Shown one piece after another: positions 42,819 to 53,000 of a DNA stretch of 64,000 nucleotides (the first letter of the stretch is position 1; every line of letters starts with the position of its first letter). The translations under genes were made by a program, and so were the position numbers. The stretch comes from Chthoniobacterales bacterium (lineage in GTDB: Bacteria > Verrucomicrobiota > Verrucomicrobiia > Chthoniobacterales > Chthoniobacteraceae): assembly GCA_038207335.1 (NCBI GenBank), contig JBBQZX010000016.1, forward strand, positions 32,001 to 96,000. Reading direction: 5' to 3'. The notes beneath the pieces were generated by a model. That model ran no database searches. It was not told the DNA's origin and saw only the letters and a program-made list of their open reading frames with translations.

Positions 42819-42843
42819 GCTTTTTTGAAGTCTCGGGAACCGG

Positions 42844-42872
42844 ATAAAAGCGTCGCATCAAGGCTCTGTCAA
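42844..42872 (-). promoter_or_regulatory. Putative sigma70 promoter of the giant gene
   Basis: Minus strand TTGACA (42872-42867), 17-nt spacer, TTTTAT (42849-42844; 4/6 match to TATAAT), 25 nt before the GTG, at the edge of an AT-rich divergent intergenic region. Confidence 0.45.
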
Positions 42873-43322
42873 CCGACTCTCTGAAAATTTTTTGGGAGGT
42901 TTGCGGGTTGGACAAAGCATTGAATTTCGAGTCAAGAATGCAGCTAGATTGGCTCGAGGTCGGCTGTAGAATTCCGGGAATTGATGTTCATCAAGCGAGA
43001 ATCTCATTTGCGTATCCAATAATCGATATACTTAGTGCCTTCTTGATGCTCATTTTTAACAAACCACGCAATGTTCGATCGCGACCCCTTCGTGATCGAA
43101 CGCAGTCCAACACGAATAAAGGCACCCGAGGGATTTGCTTGCATATCGCCTTACCGATAAATCTTTTTCACGATACTGCGCCGCTCTTTTTGTGATTGCA
43201 TTTAAAGGAAGCTCGGCTCGGTTGAAAAGTGAGGTGGCAATGCGCCCATCTCGCAGAGATGGTGCGCTCGTGCTAAACGAAATAGTTTGCCTTTTATATT
43301 TCACATTGTAACTCAGTCGCCC

Positions 43323-44153
43323 ATGCACACCAAACACCATCATGCAGCCCTCTTTTTCGCCACCGCAGCCCTTCTTGCCTCCGGGCTTACCGAGGCCGGG
43401 GCGCAGGTCGTCAAGACCATCAACTCCCTACCAGCGCGCATCCTCAAGCCCGGCCATTACGCTTTAAAAAAGAACCTCGTTCTCACAAAGACCGCCACTG
43501 CGGCCATCTCTATTGAGGCCGACGACGTCTCCATCGATCTCGGCGGATTCCTCATCACGAATACCCTTCCGGCCGGCACTGATGTCACCGGCATCTACGC
43601 CCAGTCGCACGGTGGCCTCGCGGTCTCACACGGCACCGTCCGCGGCTTCGACACCGGCGTGCGGCTCAATGGCAACCAAGCCGCCGTCACTGGCGTTGCG
43701 GTCGAGAACCTCCGTGTGGAAAAGAGCGGCGCCACGGGCATCCAGCTCCTCGGCCCCATCGGCTCGGCGAAAAACTGCGTCATCACGAACACTGGCACCC
43801 CCGCCTCCTACAACGCGATGAGCCTCGTCCTCGACCTCGGCTTCGGCACCATCATCGGCAACGACATCATCGGCACCCAAGCCACCCCCGGCCAGCAGGC
43901 CGTCGGTATCCAGTGCGGCTTGCAGGCCGGAGTCATTGAAAACAACCGCGTCCTCAACGATCAGTCCACGCGCGGCACCACCGGCATGTTTCTCGCCTTC
44001 TCGGCCAGCTACCTCGTCGAAAACAACCGCGTCACCGGCTTCGCCACCGGCATCAACTTCACCAACACCGGCGCGCCCAAGTATCGCAACAACTTCGTCA
44101 CCGACTGCACCATCCCCTACTCCGGCGGCACCGACTCCGGAAATAACAAGTAG
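43323..44153 (+). CDS. Secreted right-handed beta-helix repeat protein (276 aa)
   Basis: Signal peptide MHTKHHHAALFFATAALLASGLTEAGA|Q; PGHYALKKNL...AISIEADDVSIDLGGF...HGTVRGFDTGVRL; repeated (I/V)ENNRV turns. Confidence 0.85.
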   Translation: MHTKHHHAALFFATAALLASGLTEAGAQVVKTINSLPARILKPGHYALKKNLVLTKTATAAISIEADDVSIDLGGFLITNTLPAGTDVTGIYAQSHGGLAVSHGTVRGFDTGVRLNGNQAAVTGVAVENLRVEKSGATGIQLLGPIGSAKNCVITNTGTPASYNAMSLVLDLGFGTIIGNDIIGTQATPGQQAVGIQCGLQAGVIENNRVLNDQSTRGTTGMFLAFSASYLVENNRVTGFATGINFTNTGAPKYRNNFVTDCTIPYSGGTDSGNNK

Positions 44154-44231
44154 GCCGGCGGGTATCCCCCGACGCGATTGCGAGAAACGCCGGTGGGCCA
44201 TTGACCCGCTTGCAGGCTTTAGGCCTGCGAC

Positions 44232-44395
44232 CGCGACTGGCTGCTGCTGCTTGGAGGACGACCTCGATTTTCACCCTCAGATCGGCTTGCTGGTCGCCTC
44301 GTCAGGGGCGCTGCGGGCTGAACGCTGGGTGCTCGCGTCGCGCTTCAATCCCTCGCTCCAGCAGGTTCGCGGTGGGGTGAAATGCCCCCCAGGCA
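44232..44395 (+). pseudogene. Decayed partial copy of the GT-like gene at 49191..49832
   Basis: Aligns by eye with 49425..49586 (shared ggaggacgacctcgattttcaccctcagatcggc). Extra T in ctgcttggagg, further indels, no start or stop context. Confidence 0.8.
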
Positions 44396-44516
44396 CGGCG
44401 TCGTTGAGGCATCCGGCAGAAGCGCGGGTGCGATATTCGCCACCCGCGGGCTCGAGTGGGCAGCGGCTCAGGGAAAGCCGCTGCCCAGCCACCTTCTTGC
44501 TTTCGGGGGATTGTCC

Positions 44517-45008
44517 TTATTTGAGGCTTGCCTCGCGGGCGCGCGTCCACGCGTTGCGCGCGGCCGGGCGGGCGACTTCCCAATCGAGAGTGCGGTCGGG
44601 ATCGGCCTCGTAGGCGCGGCGCAGGTCGGCCTCGGCCGTGTCGTAGTCGGCGGCCTCGGAGTCGTGCAGGGTGTAGCCGGCGCGATAAGCGGGGCGGAAG
44701 GCGTCGAAATCGCCGTCCTGCGCGTAGGGCCGGGTGGTGTGATTTTCGCGCCAGTAGGCGTCCTCAGCGGTGGGGTCGATGGCTTCCGCAGCCGCGTGCC
44801 CGCCAGCGGCGCCGACGATGCTGCCGACGACTGCGCCGACTACCGCACCGACAGGGCCTCCCACGGCTCCACCAATGGCTGCTCCGGCAGCGCCCGCTCC
44901 AGCGGTGCCGAGGCCGGTGCCGAGGGGATGGGAGCCGGGCTCACCGGTGATCGGGTCGCGGTTGGCGTCGGGGCGGCCGATGTCTTTGGGGTCTTGGTTC
45001 GTGTTCAT
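44517..45008 (-). CDS. Glycine-zipper general-stress-type protein (163 aa)
   Basis: [21 protein letters not shown]...[16 protein letters not shown]...[18 protein letters not shown]...PAYRAGY...[14 protein letters not shown]. Confidence 0.85.
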   Translation of the reverse strand: MNTNQDPKDIGRPDANRDPITGEPGSHPLGTGLGTAGAGAAGAAIGGAVGGPVGAVVGAVVGSIVGAAGGHAAAEAIDPTAEDAYWRENHTTRPYAQDGDFDAFRPAYRAGYTLHDSEAADYDTAEADLRRAYEADPDRTLDWEVARPAARNAWTRAREASLK

Positions 45009-45089
45009 AGGTTCGATTCCGGGTTTTTTTATTTCAGTTTGTGGAGGGTGCCGGACGCGGGGCGCGAGGCCCGGCGTCGGCGTGGTTGG

Positions 45090-45575
45090 TTATTCGCTGG
45101 CGAGAAGCATCCCCTCGGCGAGGTCTGCGAGCTTCTCCTCGGTCTCACTTTCCTCATCCAGAGTCGCCTGGAGGAGCACTGCGGCTTCGGCGTGGCCGAG
45201 GTGATCGGCGAGGCTGATGGCGGTGGAGTAGCCCGCCATCTCGTAGTGCTCGACGCGCCGCGCGGCGCCAATGAGGCCGGCATCGCGGACATCGTCGGCA
45301 GCGTCTTCGCTGATGAGTTCGGCGCCTTCTCCGACGAGGCCTTCCATGGCGGCGCATTTGTGGCCGCCGAGGGCGAGGCCGAGGTCTTTGCCGATCTGCA
45401 CGAGACGGGCAAGCTGGCCTTTGGTCTGCTCGAGGTGCTGCTCGAAGCCCGAGGCGAGCTCCGGGTTGGTGGCGGCTTTCGCCATTTTGGGCAGCGCTTT
45501 GATGAGCTGGCTCTCAGCGCTGTGGAGGTCTTTGAGTTCGTGGTGGAAGAGGTCTGCGATGGTATTGAGTTTCAT
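45090..45575 (-). CDS. yciF: Ferritin-like DUF892 (YciE/YciF family) stress protein
   Basis: LFHHELKDLHSAESQLIKALPKMAKAA...HLEQT...KCAAMEGLVGEG...RDAGLIGAARRVEHYEMAGY...TLDEESETEEKL; ATG at 45575. Confidence 0.9.
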   Translation of the reverse strand: MKLNTIADLFHHELKDLHSAESQLIKALPKMAKAATNPELASGFEQHLEQTKGQLARLVQIGKDLGLALGGHKCAAMEGLVGEGAELISEDAADDVRDAGLIGAARRVEHYEMAGYSTAISLADHLGHAEAAVLLQATLDEESETEEKLADLAEGMLLASE

Positions 45576-46103
45576 GCCAGACACTTCGCGAGAAACTCGG
45601 GCAGCAAGTGTCAGGGGCCGCCCCTAACTGCGGCACGGGCTTCCCGCCGATGCTCAATCTCCGGCGCGATCTTTCACGGCACCACCCGGTGCGCGGGCTG
45701 GCTCCAGGGGCCGAAGCCCGCCTTGCCGCCGATCCCCCGGACGCGCACCCACACATCCTTCCCGCTCGAACAGCGCATCTGGCACATCTCCTTCCTTTGC
45801 ATGTGACATGCCCCGCTCTCAAGGACGCGCCGGGCACCTTACAGCTTCCACTGCCCGCGCCACGTTTAGATGCACCAGCGACACGCGCCCCTCTGGCGCG
45901 AGATCTGTCCCCGCTCCTCTCTCCAGTGTCGTGGCGAGCGTCCTCTCGCGCCCCGCCGCGGGGAGCCGATGCAAGGACGCAATCACATTTCCCAACACAA
46001 CTCCCCAACCCTGCCCAAAGGCGAGCCCGACGAGGCCCGAAAATCTCGCGCCAGTTCGGCGATTTGGCTTGCCGACGGTGCAGGGAGGTAAAGGCTGCGC
46101 GTC

Positions 46104-47660
46104 ATGCTTCCCTCCAGCACTTCCCTCCTCGGCGTCCTACTTTTAGCCCTCGCGGGCAATGCCGGCGCCGCGCCGACTCCCGACGCGCCCGTCGGATGGC
46201 GCGGGGATGGGACGGGACGCTTCCCGGCTGCGAATGGCCCGACGACTTGGGCGCGAACGGCGGCTGGCGACGGCTACACGACCAAGGGGGTGGTGTGGAT
46301 GACGCCGCTTCCGAATGGTGGGGTGAGCAGCCCGATCGTGGTGGGCGATCGCATTTTCCTGACGTCAGAAATTTACGATCTCGTCTGTCTGGACAAGAAG
46401 ACGGGGCGGATTCTGTGGATTCGATCCGCGCCGGAGTTCGAGGGGTTGAGCGCGGAGGAGCGCAAGGCGGAGCCGGCTTATGCGGAAAAGCTGGTGCCGC
46501 TGGCCGCGGAGTTGGAGAAGGCGAACTCGGAGGCCGTGACCGCGCTGAATGCGATACAGCCGACGGCGGCGACCTCCCCCGCGCCGCGCAAGCTGGATTC
46601 CGCGCTGGCCCACAAACGCGATCTTGAAAAGCAAATCCAGGAGGCGCAGGCGGCGATCGACAAGAAGAAGTATGGGCACGACTGGCGGCAGGCGGTCTTC
46701 GGCTTCAGCGGGCCGACGCCGACGAGCGACGGGAAGCGAGTGTTCGTTTTCTACACGACCGGGGTCGTCGCGTGCTACGACCTGGAGGGGCGGCGGCTGT
46801 GGATCGCGCGCGGTGGGATGGATATGAGTGAGCATGGGAATTTCGCGAGTCCGCTGCTGGTGGAAAATAGACTCGTGGTCTGGGCCAATGAGATGCGCGC
46901 TTACGATGCGGCGACCGGGAAGCTGTCGTGGACGACGCCGGCCAAGGCTTTCAACACCTACGGCTCGCTCTTCCGCTTGCAGTCGGGCGGGGAGCTCATC
47001 GCGGGCTTTCAGTGGGGATTTTTCACCCGCGTGCGGGATGGGCGGGCGGTGTGGGATCCCGGCACGTTCGGGGATTCGGTGTCCACGCCCATCGTGGAGG
47101 GAGGGACGATTTTCGCCCACACCGGCTACCCGCGCGACAACGACGAGCACAAGGGCCTGAAGGCTTTCGCGATCCCGGCGAAGGCGGACGATGCGAAGCT
47201 CAAGCCTGCTTATGCCTTCAAGACCGACTGGGCCGAGAGTGAACTGCCGCTCGACAAGAAGAAGTCGCCTTTCGACCGCAGCTACGTCGCCTCGCCGCTG
47301 TATGTCGAGGGGCTCATCTATCAGGTCACGCAGGGCGGGGGCCTAGTCGTGAACGACGCGGCAACCGGCGACCTCGTCTATCGCAAAGTCCTCCCCCTCC
47401 AGCCGCGCACGCAGTATTGGAATTGGGCGGGGTGCGCTGCGAGCCCGACTTTCGCAGGCGGGCACATCTACCTCATGGATAATCAGGGCCGCACCCTCGT
47501 CATCGCGCCGGGCCGGGAGTATCGCGAGATCGCCGTGAACTTCCTCGCGGAGTCGAAGGACGGCAAAGAGCAGGTCCAAAATCTCGCGTCGCCCTTTTTT
47601 GAAGGCGCGCGGATGTATTGGCGGACTCCGGGGTTTCTCTACTGCATCGGGGAGCGGTAA
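46104..47660 (+). CDS. Secreted PQQ-like (BamB-type) beta-propeller protein with helical insert (518 aa)
   Basis: Signal peptide; WRGDGTGRFP, SSPIVVGDRIFL, CLDKKTGRILW, PTPTSDGKRVFV, CYDLEGRRLW, ASPLL, ASPTFAGGHIY, LYCIG C-terminus. Confidence 0.9.
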   Translation: MLPSSTSLLGVLLLALAGNAGAAPTPDAPVGWRGDGTGRFPAANGPTTWARTAAGDGYTTKGVVWMTPLPNGGVSSPIVVGDRIFLTSEIYDLVCLDKKTGRILWIRSAPEFEGLSAEERKAEPAYAEKLVPLAAELEKANSEAVTALNAIQPTAATSPAPRKLDSALAHKRDLEKQIQEAQAAIDKKKYGHDWRQAVFGFSGPTPTSDGKRVFVFYTTGVVACYDLEGRRLWIARGGMDMSEHGNFASPLLVENRLVVWANEMRAYDAATGKLSWTTPAKAFNTYGSLFRLQSGGELIAGFQWGFFTRVRDGRAVWDPGTFGDSVSTPIVEGGTIFAHTGYPRDNDEHKGLKAFAIPAKADDAKLKPAYAFKTDWAESELPLDKKKSPFDRSYVASPLYVEGLIYQVTQGGGLVVNDAATGDLVYRKVLPLQPRTQYWNWAGCAASPTFAGGHIYLMDNQGRTLVIAPGREYREIAVNFLAESKDGKEQVQNLASPFFEGARMYWRTPGFLYCIGER

Positions 47661-47661
47661 A

Positions 47662-48918
47662 ATGGGGCGCTTGCTCCGTGCGATCGCGGCGTTTGTGGCT
47701 GTGGCAGGCGTCGCGCGGGCGGAGACTCCGGACGCGCCTGCTGCGTTCGGGTCGGCCGACTTCCGCTGCTCGCTCGCACGGCCTTTTGGCTGGCGTGGGG
47801 ACGGGACCGGGTGCTTTCCGGGTGCCACGCCTGCGACTGAGTGGTCGGCGACAAAGAACGTGCGCTGGAGCACCATCGTCGGCAGTGGCTACTCGTCGCC
47901 GGTGCTCGCGGAGGGGTGCGTATTCGTCACGGCGGAGCCGGATAAGCTCATCTGCATCGACCGCTCCGACGGCAAGATCCGCTGGCAGCTTTCCCTCACC
48001 CCCGCCGAACTCCCCGACGCGGAGACCCGCCGCGGCATCGCCGACTACATCCCCCCCAAGGACGGCTCGGGCCTCGCCGCCGCCACGCCAGTCACCGACG
48101 GGCGCAACGTCTATGCGCTCTTTGCCAACGGCCTCCTCGCGGCCGTCGATCTCCAGGGCCACCGGCAGTGGACCACCGGAATCGTCGCACCTCCCAGCAC
48201 CGGCTACGGCCGCAGCGCCTCCCCCATCATCGTGGCCGGGAAAATCATCGTCCACATGACCCATCTCTTCGCCTTCGATCCCGCCGACGGCCACCAGCTC
48301 TGGGTCAACACCGACGCCCAATCCTCCTACGGCACCCCGGCCCCCTGCCGCGCCGGCGACACCGACCTCATCCTCACCTCCCTTGGCGACCTCGTGCGCG
48401 CCTCCGATGGCAAAACCCTCGCCAGCGGCCTCGGCCACACCAGCCAATCCAGCCCCATCGCCAGCGACGGCCTCCTCATCTTTGGCGACAGCGACATCAC
48501 CGCCCTCCGCCTCGACGCCACCTTCAAAGACACGCCCGCCTGGAACGCCACCGTCCCCGGCGACATCTTCGGCTCCCCCCTCCTCCACGACGGCCTCCTC
48601 TTCATCGTCACCGGCGACGGCGCGCTCTCCATCGTCGACGCCACCGGCACCGGCCCCCTCACCCCCATCGTCGAGTCCCGCGCCCTCCTGCCCGACTCCG
48701 CCGGCAGCACCCCCGCCGCCTACGCCAGCCTCACCCTGGCCGGTCGCCACCTCTTCCTCACCTCGAACGACGGCGACACCGTCGTCCTCGAAGCCACCCG
48801 CGAAGCCCGTCTCGTCGCCCGCTCCCGCCTCCCCGCCGGCACCGGCGCCAGCCCCGTCTTCTCCGGCACCGCCCTATTCCTCCGTGCCGGCGACGCCCTC
48901 TGGTGCATCGGAAAATAG
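47662..48918 (+). CDS. Second secreted PQQ-like beta-propeller protein (418 aa), adjacent to the first
   Basis: ATG 1 nt after the upstream TAA; MGRLLRAIAAFVAVAGVARA|E; WRGDGTGCFP, YSSPVL, ATPVTDGRNVYALF, SASPII, ASPVFSG, LWCIGK. Confidence 0.9.
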   Translation: MGRLLRAIAAFVAVAGVARAETPDAPAAFGSADFRCSLARPFGWRGDGTGCFPGATPATEWSATKNVRWSTIVGSGYSSPVLAEGCVFVTAEPDKLICIDRSDGKIRWQLSLTPAELPDAETRRGIADYIPPKDGSGLAAATPVTDGRNVYALFANGLLAAVDLQGHRQWTTGIVAPPSTGYGRSASPIIVAGKIIVHMTHLFAFDPADGHQLWVNTDAQSSYGTPAPCRAGDTDLILTSLGDLVRASDGKTLASGLGHTSQSSPIASDGLLIFGDSDITALRLDATFKDTPAWNATVPGDIFGSPLLHDGLLFIVTGDGALSIVDATGTGPLTPIVESRALLPDSAGSTPAAYASLTLAGRHLFLTSNDGDTVVLEATREARLVARSRLPAGTGASPVFSGTALFLRAGDALWCIGK

Positions 48919-49001
48919 CGCCCATCGCCTCCCTGCTCGGCCCTTTGGCGAAAAGCCCGACTCGCTGCCAGTGGGGAAGCCAGATTGAAGCTGTCCGGCA
49001 A

Positions 49002-49026
49002 GCAGCGCTGGACGTCTCAGCGCTGC
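49002..49026. repeat. GC hairpin (possible REP-like element or terminator) downstream of the propeller pair
   Basis: gcagcgctg-gacgtct-cagcgctgc, perfect 9-bp stem; no U-tract. Confidence 0.35.
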
Positions 49027-49190
49027 GGACGTCTCCTGTGTCCGCCCTTCCCTGCGAAAAATCCCACTTGCGGGGCAAATCGCGCGGAATTCAACATTGC
49101 ACCCGTGAAATCTTGTGCGAATCGTCCCGCCTCCGGGGTTATTCATCATCCCGGCTATCTCAATAAAACCACCCCTTCACGGCCCGCTCC

Positions 49191-49832
49191 ATGCCCCACC
49201 CTCTCCCATCTGTCCACATGCTCACTTGTCCCCGGCGCGTCGGGGTCGTGGAGAAAACCTTGGCGCACTGGGCGGGGACCGACTGGCGGACGACGCCAGC
49301 GGTGCATTGCGACTGGCAGTCGGAGGTCCGAGAAAGCGCATGGGGGACTGCGGCGCGCGGCACGCAGGTCGCGCGGGCCTACGCCGGGATGATGGCGCGC
49401 GCGCTCCAGGAGGAGGGGGAAGATCGCGACTGGCTGCTGCTGCTGGAGGACGACCTCGATTTTCACCCTCAGATCGGCACACTCGTCGCCTCGTGGGAGG
49501 CGCTGCGGGATGAACGCTGCGTGCTCGCCTCGCTCTTCAACCCCTCGCTCCAGGACGATGCGCGGTGGGGCACGATGCCCCGCGCATTTGCTACGCATCC
49601 CGACACCTTCCTCAGCGCGCAGGCGATCTTGATCCGGCGCGCCGCGGCGCACCGGGCGCTGTTGATCTGGGACGATGCGCCCGGCATGCAGGCCCAACGC
49701 CTCGCCTGGCTCTTCGGCGGCGAAGGCCCCATCTGGGTCCACCGCCCCTCGCTGGTGCAGCACGTGGGCGAGGATTCGAGCTGGGGCGCCCGCGTCCAAA
49801 GGGCGCACGACTTCGATCCGGTGTTTGCGTAG
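49191..49832 (+). CDS. Hypothetical glycosyltransferase-like protein (GT-A-type motifs)
   Basis: WLLLLEDDLDF (EDD/DxD-like) and VHRPSLVQHVGEDSSWG; alternative start at 49218. Confidence 0.65.
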   Translation: MPHPLPSVHMLTCPRRVGVVEKTLAHWAGTDWRTTPAVHCDWQSEVRESAWGTAARGTQVARAYAGMMARALQEEGEDRDWLLLLEDDLDFHPQIGTLVASWEALRDERCVLASLFNPSLQDDARWGTMPRAFATHPDTFLSAQAILIRRAAAHRALLIWDDAPGMQAQRLAWLFGGEGPIWVHRPSLVQHVGEDSSWGARVQRAHDFDPVFA

Positions 49833-49869
49833 TAAAAGTCTCGCGCGACGGCGCTTCAGCCTTTTGCCA

Positions 49870-50064
49870 AAGCCGAGCGGCGTCTTTGCTAAGCCCAATC
49901 CAAACGCGATGTCCCTGCTCGCGATCGAGACGCGGATGCCTTATCGCGCGGACTTTGATCCCGGAGATGTAGGCAAGACGGTCTATTTCGCCGTGCGCTG
50001 GCTCAATACGCGCGGGGAGAAGGGGCCCTCGAGGCAGAGCTACAACGCGGTGATCCCGTCGTAG
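49870..50064 (+). pseudogene. Probable 3' remnant of a conserved hypothetical gene
   Basis: TRMPYRADFDPGDVGKTVYFAVRWLNTRGEKGPSRQSYNAVIPS* resembles a C-terminus I recall as GKTVYFxxRWxNTRGEKGPWS; no room for the usual N-terminal part. Confidence 0.5.
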
Positions 50065-50076
50065 AACGCCGCGCCT

Positions 50077-53000
50077 CTACCTCACCCGCAGCCGCAGGAA
50101 GGCGCGGGTGGGGTCGAGGAGGCTGATGGGGACCCGGGCCGTGCGAATTTCCACGCCCCCGCCGCTGCTGATGAGGGTGTCGGTGGTGCCGGTCTCATAC
50201 CAGGTGCCGAGGTCGTTGCTCCACTCGAGCTGGAGGGCGAGATCGGAGGCGGCGAGGCTGCGCTGGTAGGTGAGGCTGAGGTAGGTGCCGTCGTTGGCGG
50301 CCTGCGGACGGGCGGCGATGGCGTCCGGGAGGGTGGGGTCGAGGCCAAAGGCGCGCTCGATGACATTCGGAAGCCCGTCGCGGTCGGGGTCGGCCAGATC
50401 CTGCGCGTTGTTGAGGTTTGCAATGTCGGCGAAATATTTCTGCCTCCAAGCCTGCCCCGGTGTCGGCACGACGATGGACACGCTGCTGAAGCCGGCCGTG
50501 GCGAGGGTGTCGGCAACACCCGAGCTCACTCGGAGGCCGGCCAGCGCGGTGGTGGGCAGGGGCGTGACGTGGTTGCCGACGACCGTCCATTCGCCGGCAC
50601 CGGGGGTGCCGGCGGTGGTGGAGTAGGCGGCGGCGAAGGTATTGCCCACGCGGACGAGGCGGAGCCAGAATTGCCCGGAGATGGAGACGCTGGCGCCGGT
50701 CTGGAGGACGGCGCTGCCGGTGGCGTCGCGCTGACGGAAGCGGAGGGCCTGCTGGGCGCGGTCGTAGGCGAGCTCGGCAAATGCGGAGTCCGCCGCAGTG
50801 CTGCCGCGGAAAGTGATGCCGGTGGTGGCGGAGGCGGTATTGGTGGGGAAGAAGTCCACGCGGGTGACGAGGATTTGGTCGCCCGTGGCGGTCGAGGAGA
50901 CGAGCTGGAGCTGGTCCGCCGTCCCGGCGACGCCGCCGCCGGTGACGGTGAAGGCAGCGCTCGCGGCGTTGTAGCCGGAATAGCCGTCACTGGCAGGGAG
51001 GCCGATGTCCGTGGCGGTCCACAGCGCGGGCAAGGGAGCGGCGAGCGAAGCGGCCTGGGTGGAGGAGAGGGCGTAGTTGAAGATTTTCAAGTCATCGACG
51101 GCGCCGGTGAAGAATGCGCCGCCGAAGAGCGTGCTGCCTACGCGGATGCCGCCGGGGGCATCGCGCAGGGCGGTGGAGCCGGTGCCGGTGGCCTGGAGTG
51201 CGCCGTCCACGAAGAGCTTCATGGCGCCGGTGGCATTGGTGCGGGTGGCGAGGACGTGGTGCCAGGTGCCGTCGTTGATATTCGTGGCGGACTCGATGGT
51301 GGTGCCCGCTCCGGTGTTGCCGGTGCCGAAGGCGACGTGATTTCCCCCGACGGAGATGCCCCAGTCGTTCGCGACGCCCGGCACGTCGGCATCGACGATG
51401 GGCTTCCCGGCATACCACTGGCCCGTGCCGCCGACAGCCGTAGTTTTCAACCAGAAGGCCACGGTGAAGTCGCTCGTGACGGCCGCCGGGAGCTTGACGA
51501 AGCTGCTGGTGCCGTTGAGCTGCACGGCCTGTGCGCCGATTTTCCCGGTCGTGAAAGTCGCGTCCATCGCGTCCCCGTGGTTGTTGAAACGCGTGACGTC
51601 GCGCGCCGTGCCCTCGAAGCCGTAGCCGGCGACCATGGAACTGCCGGTCTGTGCGAGGCGCGCGATTTCGTCCACGGCGAGGATTTTGTTGTAGAGGCGC
51701 GCTTCGTCGAGGGAACCATTGAGGAAGCCGTTCGCGCCCGCGATGCTCCCGAGGGTGAACGTCGAGGGGGCGGTGCGGGCGGAGGTCGGGCCGGTGCCGG
51801 AGGCGCTGAGGAGGCCATCGACGTAGAGGCGCATGGCACCGTTGCCGGTGTCGAGCGTCGCCGCGACGTGGTGCCACGCGCCGTCGTTGATCGTCGCGGC
51901 GGAGGTGATCGTCAGGTCGTTCTGCCCCACCCCGAACGCCGCCTTCCCCCCAACCATCGCCAGCCCGAAGTCCTTCGCCACCCCCGGCACCTCCGCATCG
52001 ATGAGGCCCATCCCATTATACCACTGCGGCCCGCCAGCCGTCGCTGTGGTCTTCACCCAGCACGCGACGGTGAAGTTCCGCTCCACGGTTGCTGGCACAC
52101 GGATCGACCCATTGCTCCCATTGAAAGTCGCAGCGAGCCCATCCACGCGGCCCGTGGTGTAAGTCACCCCGCCGCTGGCCGTCCCGTGGAAATTGCGCCC
52201 CCCAAAATCGCGCGCATTCCCCTCCATCTTGTAATTCGCCACCAGTCCGTCGCTGGCCACCCCCGCCGTCACGTCATCGAAAGCCCAGTCCTGATTGAAC
52301 GCATTCTGGTCGTCGAAATATTGGGCGATGTTCGCGTTATCCCCCACCGCGCCCGTCCCGCCGTCCACATCCACCACCATGTTCGTGCTGTTGCGGTTCC
52401 CGAGTTTCCAATACGCCGCCCCGCTCGCGCTCGGGAAGATGCGCCACTGCTGGTTCGTGCCGCCGGTGTCGTCCCAAGCGATGATATTCCCCGACGGATC
52501 GGTCGAAAATCCCGCCACCTCCATCGCCTTGCCACTGGTGAAGTTGGTGAATTTCCAGTAGCCGCCACTGACATAGGTCGCGAGCCACTTCTGCAAGCTC
52601 GAGCCGCTGTTTGGATTCTGTCGAACATTCGAGCCCGCCGTCGTCCCATCCGCCTCCAGCAGCTTCTGGCTCAGGCGCGACCGGAGCTGGTACACGTGCC
52701 CGCTCTTCACAGGGCAGGGCCACAGCGGCTGGCTGTCGGTCCAATACTCATCGAAATTGGAAATCCCGTCCCCATCGGCATCCCCCGCCGCCGGCTGCCC
52801 GGCAAAGCCGATCTTCTGCCGCTCCCACTCATCCGAAATCCCATTCCCATCCCCATCCGTGATCCCCATATCCTGCCGCATCGCCTCGATCAGCCGCCCG
52901 ATCCGCCGTCGTGCCTGCGGGCTGTCTTCGTTCCCGTAATTGAACCCATACGGATAATAATGGACGCCAGATTGCCGGATCTCCGCGCCGGGCCCATCGA

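Noticed and set aside
30..42802. Many long plus-strand ORFs (e.g. 17163..20429, 25758..27872, 22063..23922)
   Set aside because: Antisense shadows of the giant gene, caused by high GC3. They are R/D/E/G-rich or S/P/T/V-rich and lack recognisable motifs.
42819..42858. Upstream ATG (MRRFYPVPETSKK) that would join the giant frame if the A6 run lost one base (phase variation or sequencing error)
   Set aside because: A6 is short, the GTG start works as is, and the ATG lies inside the putative promoter spacer. Read pile-ups would settle it.
42908..43343. Two 95-aa ORFs in the AT-rich intergenic region
   Set aside because: Atypical codon usage, mutually overlapping, no motifs.
43626..48750. ORFs 43626..44201(-), 44382..45806(+), 45608..46627(+), 47500..48750(-)
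   Set aside because: They overlap better-supported genes on the other strand or frame and have no motifs.
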